Assembly (NCBI GenBank): GCA_009602725.1
Contig: WELB01000031.1
Coordinates: forward strand, 180,022-244,021
DNA length: 64,000 nucleotides
Reading direction: 5' to 3'
DNA from: Spirogloea muscicola
Taxonomy: Eukaryota
The notes under the pieces are model-generated. The model worked only from the letters and a program-made list of their open reading frames with translations, was not told the origin of the DNA and searched no databases. Both the position numbers and the translations under genes were made by a program. How positions within the stretch are numbered: the first letter of the stretch is position 1; each line of letters starts with the position of its first letter. Below are positions 55,330 to 64,000 of the stretch, one piece after another.

Positions 55330-56950
55330 AGCAGCAGCAAGCCGGAGTGGGAATAGCCAGCCCAGACCAGAATGAAGAAGGTCCAAAGAGAGAAGGCGCG
55401 CGCTGTGCGCATGGAATGCAAGGGATGCCAAACCAAGCCAGTACAACATATCTAGAAGGAAAACGAACTTTCTCAAGGGGCTTAGCTAACAGAACAAAGA
55501 CACAACCGAAGGGGCACACTGATAGCCACGAGTTAGCACATGCACATCTGACAGACATTCTGCTGTCATTCTTGCCGCAACTCTTGCCTGGTGGTGAATT
55601 CTTGCCGAAAATTTTCTTGCCGCATTCTTGCCCAAGTGTGACTGGCCAGCCCCACCAATAATTGATCATTCTGTGAGGAGCTATGCAATGATGAAGTAGA
55701 AGGGACTTCAAGAAAAGCAAAGGAAGCAAACAGGCTCCCCTCAAGCGCCATGAGCGGCCAGCCCAGACAAGCGCGCTTTCAAAGAAAGAGAGGAAGGGGG
55801 GGTCCAGCAGATGGGAGTTCGTGATCGCGGCAGGCTGCCGCGATCACAAGCGAGGACCCGTTAGCTTAACCATTCCACTGGTGGCCTCTCCCTGCCACCA
55901 GTCAATCTGGCCGCATTTGCATCTTGTATTTGGCCACTTTGCTGACAAACAGGAAGGACAGGAGCTCCTGCGTTATCTATGTCACTCCAGCGCTCCCAAG
56001 CGCTTGCTTTGCACCGCCGCGCAGGTCGCAGCCTCTGGCTTGCGCAGCAGGGTTGCCCTTCCTCCACTCAGCTCATTTGACTTCCTACTGCTGACACGGG
56101 GGTACTTAGAGCGCCCTGTCTGCCTAGCCTGTGGCTCCGTCATGATTACCTGTATGCATCTGGCTGGCTTTCACAGCCGCTCTTTTCATATCAGCAGCCG
56201 CATTCACTTTTCAGGCTTCTAGCGACTTTCGTGACTAGGGGTGGACTGAGTGGCTCACTTAGCAGCCAGCTTTCATGCGGGGAGCTTGCGGAGTGGTGCG
56301 TTCTTCCACGTCCGGGCCACCCCATCGACCTCTTGTTCACCTGTGGATCTTGTCCATTCTTTTCAGGCTGGCCTCTAACAACTTTACGACGAAGAGCTTA
56401 TTTCTCTTGTTCCTCTCTAGGATGCCCCCCCTCCCCCCATTTTACGTCGTTATCCAACCTTCTGGAGTGTCTGTGGTTTACTTTCTGGCCCCTTCGTTCA
56501 TCGTAGGGCTGGCCTTTCGCCTCGCCCTTTGAAAGAGCTAACTTTCTCTGGCGAAGTTGGCCCCCACCAAGTGTACTGGCTTGCTTTGGCGTCCGTCTCA
56601 AATTATGTGCACCCCGTTCACTTCTTCACGGCACTGTGAGAGAGCCACTATCGTTACAGCCACGGCGTACTTTGGAAGTCTCCTCATCACAAGGTTGCAC
56701 ATCACTAGATTATTCACCAAAAGGGGTCGATGGCTGCGACAGACCAGCCCAACAGAAACTGGACAAGCTCTGGAGGGGCTGGACAGGCGCTGTACCACAG
56801 GGGTGCCGCCGGTGGTGGGGCACAGAAGCGGCAGGAGAAGTAGAGACGCTTCCAGGAGAAGAAAGACGCTTCCGAGGGCAGTGGTTGTGAGAGGCCAGCC
56901 CAGAAAAAGATGAACGAAGTTTGAAGGGGCCAGAGAAGGCACTCAAGCAC
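55330..56950. mobile_element. Mosaic of CRE-like 3' ends and arms of the palindromic repeat
   Basis: ~55970-56105 reads LSMSLQRSQALALHRRAGR..PPLSSFDFLLLTRGY. Palindromic-repeat arms lie at ~55390-55448 and ~56570-56625. Confidence 0.7.
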
Positions 56951-57681
56951 ACAGGGAATCTAGTAGCCACGAAACCACGGCAGGGGACGACGGCAGTCGA
57001 GGAGTGGCTCTCGCGCCCCAGCGTCGGGGCGCTGGCCGCGGGTCATCTTAACTTTGCGGCTGTCAACTCGTGGATGGCCATGTGGCTACTTGTACAATAC
57101 AATTCGCTGAACGATGCCTGAATGTTAGGTGGCACATTTGAAGCCCTTCTGCCACCAACCAGCTCGCCCAGCTCTCTGGTGCAAAGCATGAGCCAGAGCA
57201 CGCTGCAAAAGGCCGACACTCGTCGCTGCAAGAACGACAGACATGCAGCTGCCAAGCCCATCTCAGCCGAAGCACATCTGCGCGTCGTGCATAGCCTAGG
57301 TTGGCGATAATCTGAAGGAGAGCGTGGGAAACGAGAACACGAACAGCCAAAGATATCGACTGCAGCTGGCAGGAGCTGATCGCGCTGGGGGTAATGGAAG
57401 TGTTGCTGCAGCTTTCTGTGTTCTGCAATGCGTTTTGCAGGGAGACCCGCGCGCTGGACGGCGCCCGCGGCGCGGCGGGGAAGGCGGCCCGCCCTGTTGG
57501 GCGCCCCGCTTCTGACGGTGGAATGGCCCCCAGGCCCATCTGCCAGGGCCCCACCGTCACCGCCGCCGGGCCCCGCCGCGGGACGGGCGAAGCGGGGGCG
57601 CCACGGTCACCAAACCCCATATGAACTGACGGCTCTGCCCAGGGCCCCCCCACCCACCACCGCCACCCCCCGACGCCCGCC

Positions 57682-57785
57682 ATGGCCGCCGCCGCTGCCG
57701 CCGCCGCCGCGGCGCAGCCNNNNNNNNNNNNNNNNNNNNNNNNNNNNNNNNNNNNNNNNNNNNNNNNNNNNNNNNNNNNNNNNNG

Positions 57786-57824
<39 letters not shown>

Positions 57825-60133
57825 AANGCCGCTGCCGGTGGCCGCCGGGCGGCCGCCGCCCGCGGCTACTGGCGCGCGCCGTGGAGCGAGGCCTTCGAGG
57901 AGCCGGGCATCGGCGAGTACGCGCTCGCGCTCAGCGACATGATGGGCCCCGAGTTCCACGACAGCACCGTGCGCGGGCTGCCAGACGCCGCTGCCGCCGC
58001 TGCCGCTTGGGGGGGCCGGGGCCGCCGGCTGCGCGTGACGGACCGCGACGACTGGCGGCTGGACCCGCTGGGGGACTCCGAGGAGGAGGATCTGGAGCCG
58101 GTGGAGCAGACCGACGAGGACGGCAACCTGCTGCCCTTCCAGTGGGCGCCCATCTTCCAGCTCGAGGGCTCGCCGCACGTGCCCAAGAGCAACTGGCGCG
58201 TGCCCGAAGGCATGTACGGCAAGTACGCCTTCATCAAGCTCGACGGCGACCGCGTCCACAACGCCGCCGACGCCGCCAACGTCAGTGGCGCGCTCCCTCC
58301 CCACGCCCGATCCCAGCCTTGCAGCCGCCTCTGTCTCTGCATCAGGCGCCGCCATGCCTGCCTTGACGGCTGACAGCCGGCCGCCCAGGCAACTGCGCGT
58401 GCTGACTGGGAGCCCGCTCCTCCTGTCGCCACGCCGTCCGCAGCTGCTGGCGGGCAAGCGGGTGTCCCTTCTTGGCGACTCCCTCATGCAGCAGTTCTTT
58501 GACATGTTTATCGTGTCACTGCAAAAGTACGGCTACGAGAGATTCATCACGCGGAACAAGCGCCGGTGAGCTCTCACCCGTGCGCCTCGACCTCTCACAG
58601 TCCAGCAACCTCAATGACACTGGCTGTTCTGGGCTTTCGAGGGCAGTGAGGCAGTGCCCATCTGGCCGTATGTCCGCTGGTTTGAGGCCCTGCTTGGCGC
58701 CTGACAGGCTTCTCGTCTGCCTGCCGCAGCTACCACTGCAATGGTACCGACGAAGAAAGCATGGAGGCAGCCGAGGCGAGATTTGTGGCCATCGACGTGG
58801 ACGGTCATGGCGATGACGGTGATGCTCGGCGGCTAGAGCTGGACTCAGGCTGTGACCTGTGGATTGACACGTTCACCCTCGGAGGCCCGTTCAACAACCT
58901 GACCTGGAACTACTACAGGGGTATGCACTGCCAGCAGCCCTGACTTCCACGGCACTGACTTGTTCCCGATCGTGTGATGCATTAGGACTGCTTGATATAT
59001 GTAACGTGAGCACTGCACACTTTCAGGCCCAACTGGGCTCGCTGACAACCCCGGGCGACGTCTCTGACATTGCCCTGGATTGCGCCAGCCACTGGTGCAT
59101 CTGCTGTGCCCTGCTCCTGGCTGCAATGACGGTGTGTTGTCCTTGTCTGCTGCAGCATATCGACTCCCAGTTGACGGCTTGAAGCCAACCCATTTCACGC
59201 TGTGGCCAGCCATCCTGGATCACGTCTTCGCAAATTCTGATGTGGTGCGTCCAAGGGCTAGCCCAACCCCTTTGCTAATTGCATGGTCCTGCACTCACCA
59301 GCTTGCTCGGGCTTCCTCCCTCAGCTTGAGGCGCGTATCACTTTGGTACTGGCTCAAGCCTCTTCTTGATCAGGTACAGTTGGGGTTCTGGTCCTCCACT
59401 ATACCCCACCCTCATTGCCGTGAGTGCAGGTCGTCGCAAACCTTGGCCTCCACTATGTGGACCAGCTGGCGGACTTGTACAGCGCCGATCTAGCGATAAT
59501 TGCGGATCGTCTGGAAGCTTTCAACAACTTGCCAGGCAAGCTCGGGTTCTTCAAGGAGACTACACCCCAACACTTCTGCAGTAAACGGGGCAGTGGAGCA
59601 TATGAAGGGGGCAAGGGCTCACGAAAGGAGCTCAGCACATGCCACCCTGCTCCCCAAATCCACTTGCAGGTATGCAGCTTTCATGGCCCTACTCATCCAG
59701 CAATGACCAAATTTGCATGTGGTCAAGCTCAAACCACATCTATTATGACATGCCTGCACATCCTGTTCTTCTCTTCACGATGCCACCTGATCACTTTGTG
59801 GTAGTAAGGTGCTCAACTAGGCAAGTAGATAGGGCAACAAGCACTGAGGCTGCATTGCTATTCCTGGACCGCCACTACCAGCTTTGGAGGCACCAGATCA
59901 TGGAAGAGGTGGCCAAGGCCAGAAACATATCCATCATGGAGGGCTTCTGGCTGCAGAACATGCACAACTTCCACTTTGCCAATCTGGATCCGTCTGCAAA
60001 GCGCGACTGTACGCACTTTGCATTTGTCGTTGAATGGTGGGTGCCTTTGTTTGACTCATTGTTCAGCACGGCAAGGACCCTGGGGTGTGACAAGCAGACA
60101 GTGACACAGGCCTACTGTCACCCCTACGTTTGA
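57682..60133 (+). CDS. TBL / PC-esterase (SGNH-like) putative polysaccharide O-acyltransferase; N-terminus interrupted by gap
   Basis: LLAGKRVSLLGDSLMQQFF (GDS motif), VVANLGLHY, FFKETTPQHF and RDCTHF (DxxH); stop at 60131-60133. ATG at 57682 is tentative. Confidence 0.8.
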
Positions 60134-61139
60134 TGGGGCCTGCATGTCAGCCCTGCTCGCTGGGGGCTGCATGGTGTAATCTAGTAGTCCATCTAGACTC
60201 GTTTGACCAGCCAGCTTGGTCAGTACAGCGTGACTATTCAACAACCATTGACTTCAAATGGTTGTCGTTCGAAAATGCATGCTAAGCATGGAAGCTGCTA
60301 AGTAGTGCGGGCCTTTGGCTGGCCCCGGCTGGGAGAGCTCAACCTATGCCAGGAGACAATCTGTGACTGACTTGTGGGCTCCACATATGGAGTCACGTAT
60401 ATTTTTTTGAAGGCAAAGCCCATGCCTGGTAGATCTTTGTAGGTATTGTAGCTGACATAGCAAATACTCGCTTACTTAGTTCTGTGACCTGCGGCTCTTG
60501 TTCAGCATGCAGCACTTTTAGGCCTTGGCCTAGCACATGCCCCTAACAAGCGAAGCTGCATTTAACCCACCTCTTGTGATTCCTTCGGACCCCCCTGGTC
60601 AGTGCCAAGGTTGTTGAGGCTCCTGTGCGGATCCTAAATGTCTGAGATACGGTGTTGCTCTTCTGGCTAAGTTGATAGTCAATCTTGGCTCAACATGTCG
60701 AGACTGGCGTATCACAGATGCTGTCACTTCGTGAGGAGCCATCTGCTGCTTGCTTCAAAGTTTGACCGTTTTGAGGATTTGTGATCTGAGAACATTCGGC
60801 AAGATTTTCTCCCTGACATTATAATAAGCATTCCTCCATTAAGCCTTTCGGCAGCTTCAACATAGCAGTGGGAAGCTCCACCCACCCATCTCTTTCCCTT
60901 GGCGGTGGCCCGGGTTGCGGAGGGGTTGCAGCGACGCCCAGGAAGCAAAGCAAAGGAGATACTATTTGCGGATTTCACTCCCAGCTCCAGCAGCAGCAGC
61001 CGTCAGAGCAGAGCAGCAGCTACAGCACCAGCTTGAGTACAGGAGCAGCAGCATGACCAGGAGAAACCGTTGTTAGCTACCTTCACTCCCTGCATCCTAC
61101 GGGTGGCTGCTATCCTCATCGGGCTGTTGCCCACTTCAA

Positions 61140-62720
61140 GAAAAGAAACAGCTAGTCAGTGTAAAGCAGTGGCTGTGAGAGGCCAGCCCACAGCAATGAA
61201 CGAGACAAATGAAGTCAAGAGTCTGCTTGTTGCACTTCCAGACCTTATTCGACCATGGCCCATTGGCTCCAAAATTGTCTCGCAGAAGTACGTACTCGGC
61301 AATTTGTTGACGAGCGGATACTTACTTGCCCATCCACCCTTCTGACTTCCGGCGCATGTGTGGCAGCTGCTGAGCTCGCACGCCAATATTTGGCACACCT
61401 TTGCTGCCGCCAACAACCGTTGGCCCCTTGGAAGGCGATTGCACCCCAGCACTTGAATGGGTGTGGGCCATGCACAGCCATGCCCCTCCGATGGAGCACT
61501 CGCGATTCTTCTTGTACGCGCTTGGCTGGCTTCTACAGCCACTCTTGAACATCGGCAGGCGCTCCCTCTCGCTCGCCACTTCTGCCGAGCCCTCTCCGCT
61601 TCCGTGGTGGGGCTTTACCCTGGGACTTGTCCGCCGGCCTGTCTCAGCCACCAGCGGCATCTGAGAGAGATGTCTCCCAGAAAGGAGAAAGGCCCTTCCA
61701 GTAGAGGGCGATGGCTGTGCGATGAAGTAAGCTCTTGCGGAAGGGCGACTGTGAAAAGAAGAAAGTGCTCGCCCATTGAGGATAGGGGCTAGAAAGTCCA
61801 GCCCAAAAAAGAATGAACAGAGTACGAGAAGAAGAAGCGCGGCCAGATTGACTGGTGGCTGGGGAAGGCCAGCCCAAAGGAATGGACAAGGTCTGAGGGA
61901 GCCTGAGTGCGAACGACTGGGACTAAGACATTAGCCAGGGAACGCTCAGTAACCTCTAGTCAGGAGATGCAAGTCCGAATAGCTAGCTGGCGGAAAGACG
62001 TCGCCGAGAAGGGGGCCAGGGGAAGCGAGTGAAAGCTAGCCCGAAAGTGGACCAGGTGTGAAGGGGGCGACGAAAGCGCCAAATACACCGCTGCGCAGGT
62101 GCCGACTTCGCGTAACTCGCGCGCTCGCAGCTGGCGGCGGCGGGACTGGCAGAGCCCGTCGGCGGCCGGTAGCGGCGGGGCGGGTGGCTGGGCAGCCTCG
62201 GGCAAGGAAATCACAGAGGGAAGATCACAGATCTTCCAGTAGAGGGGCGATGGCTACGAGTGGCCAGCCAATGAAGAACAACGATAAGACTCGGAGTGGA
62301 GAAAGTTGAATGGAAGGGGCTGCTGACATCGACAAGAAAGAAAGAGGCGGCTGTGAGGTGCAGAGATGCAAGAGGCGGCTGTGGGGGGTGGTCGGGCGGG
62401 GGGCTGCGCGGCGCTGGGGCCGCGCGATGGGCCTGAACGCGAGCGCCCGCCCGTGATGCCACGCGGATGTCGGCCTCAGTGAACACCGCCCCCAAGTGGC
62501 CGGCCAGATGCCGCTGGCCGCGGGGGGTTGGTGGAGGTCTATGGACTGAAGGAGCAGGGCACGCGAGCCGGGAGTCGCTCCAGTGCTCAAGAAAAAGAAG
62601 AAAGTGCTCGCCCATTGAGAATAGGGGCTGGAACAACCAGCCCGAAAAAGAATGAACAGAGTACGAGAAGGGGGCCAGGGGAAGCGCTAAGAAACAGAAA
62701 CAAGAAAAAGCTCGCCCAAG
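61140..62720 (-). mobile_element. Cluster of CRE-like retrotransposon 3' ends
   Basis: Hairpin/TTC-tail units at ~61755-61830 and ~62590-62720; 61833-62005 matches 33683-33855. Confidence 0.75.
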
Positions 62721-63000
62721 GCGCTGCGGGGGCGTACGCCCCGTCCGGGTTGTGTCATCTAGGGCCGGCGGCGACGGCGCGGGGCGGGGGGTGCCGGTCG
62801 GGCGCCGGCCGGACCCGCCGGCGGCCCGCCACCCCGGACCCCACGCCGCGTTCCTCCCGGCAAGCGATGCTTGCTCCCGCCGCCCATTGCTTTAGATGAG
62901 CGCACTCCTCTCCGCGCCTTTCGGCCCTGTGGGCCTTGTTCATTCTACGGCCATTCTTTGGGGCATTTGCTTCTGTCCCTGGGCTGACCTCACAGCGGAA

Positions 63001-63500
63001 TGACAGTGCTCGCCCATAGAGAAGAGGAGCTGGCAAAGCCAGCCCAAAAAGTATAGACAATGTCCAAAGCCAAAGAAAGAGGTGCCGAAATATGACTACA
63101 CTACAAAACACGACAAAACACAAGATGATACGAGGGAAGCTCAGTATTCGCGAGTGAGCAACATCAGGTCGGTTTAGCTCGCTGCAGGGAAAGAGGCACA
63201 CCGCGGAGACCCAGAGGCGGCGGCCATAGCACGGCCTGCTCGCGAGTGGACGGCGTGGGCATGGGAGCGTTGCAACGGTACCGCCAGGCGCATTTGGAAG
63301 ACTTGTACGAGCGAACCGGCGGCGTGGAAGCCGGGCATCACCCTGGCCGCCAGTCAATGGCCTGACGGGCAAGCCGCTGGAGGAGATCCAGCCAGCGGCT
63401 GCCAAAAGCCCCGTGTACGTCAATCGCCAGGGCCGCGAATTCGGCACCAGCCGGGTGATCGGCATATTTGCGTTCCTTGCCCCGGGCCGCCAGGCGGAAG
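63001..63500 (-). mobile_element. 5'-truncated CRE-clade LINE retaining the C-terminal half of the restriction-like endonuclease
   Basis: AARGKERKYADHPAGAEFAALAIDVHGAFGSRWLDLLQRLARQA (KxxKY and F..LA.D..G motifs), then a frameshift, then SLVQVFQMRLAVPLQRSHAHAVHSRAGRAMAAASG...DLMLLTREY* (TGA 63141-63143), followed by the 3' UTR shared with 11590-11770. Confidence 0.88.
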
Positions 63501-63599
63501 CTAAGCTGTCAATGTGGAAGAGCTGTTTCTCTGTGTGCACCTGGCTGGCTTTTCCAGCGCATGGGCGCGCACTGACTTTCTTGTTCCAGGCGCGCTTCT

Positions 63600-63760
63600 G
63601 CTATCAGAAGAAGAAGGGCTCGCCCATTGAGGATGGGGGCTGGAAAAAGCCAGCCCAGAGAAGAATGAACAAAGGAGGGGCCAGGGGAAGCACGAGAAGA
63701 GACAGAGCAGCTACGAAGCACTCAGTGAAACCCCTGCTAAGCAGCCTCAGGTCAGAGAGA
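63600..63760 (-). mobile_element. CRE-like 3' end
   Basis: SDLRLLSRG-type coding end, GGGCTGG-N6-CCAGCCC hairpin and (TTC)3 tail. Confidence 0.75.
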
Positions 63761-64000
63761 GATCGGCAGCCGCCCAGGCCGCCGCCGCCGACGGCTCCAG
63801 CAAGCTTGCGTGCTCATTGAAGTCCGCCGCTTCCCCTCCCCCAATGGGAGATGGCCGCGCCCCCCCCCCCGCCGCGCCGCCCGGAGCCCGCGGCCGCGCC
63901 TTCGCCGCGCTCGCCGCCGNNNNNNNNNNNNNNNNNNNNNNNNNNNNNNNNNNNNNNNCCCCGCCGCGGGCGACGCCGGCGGCGGCGGCGGCGAGCTCGC

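Overview
This is GC-rich, intron-dense eukaryotic DNA with six N gaps, most likely from a streptophyte (charophyte-grade) green alga. It has land-plant-type genes (ZF-HD homeobox, LCBK1, IMPL1, LCAT3/4, ANT1-like transporter, TBL-like esterase, plastid DnaJ) together with genes unexpected in land plants. About 15 multi-exon genes are recognisable; exon limits were read by eye and are approximate. Main points: (1) a large thioredoxin reductase ends in G-C-[TGA]-G-TAA, i.e. a selenoprotein, and is followed by a SECIS-like stem-loop with an apical GCA instead of the usual AA. (2) A STEAP-type metalloreductase (NADPH oxidoreductase plus 6-TM heme domain) is present. (3) Much of the intergenic DNA consists of stacked, 5'-truncated 3' ends of several CRE-like (restriction-like endonuclease) non-LTR retrotransposon families. 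These share a C-terminal peptide (LLxRGY*), a 3' hairpin and a (TTC)n tail. (4) The ZF-HD homeodomain carries Gln at position 50. (5) Assembly artefacts include an Illumina adapter with a poly-T run.
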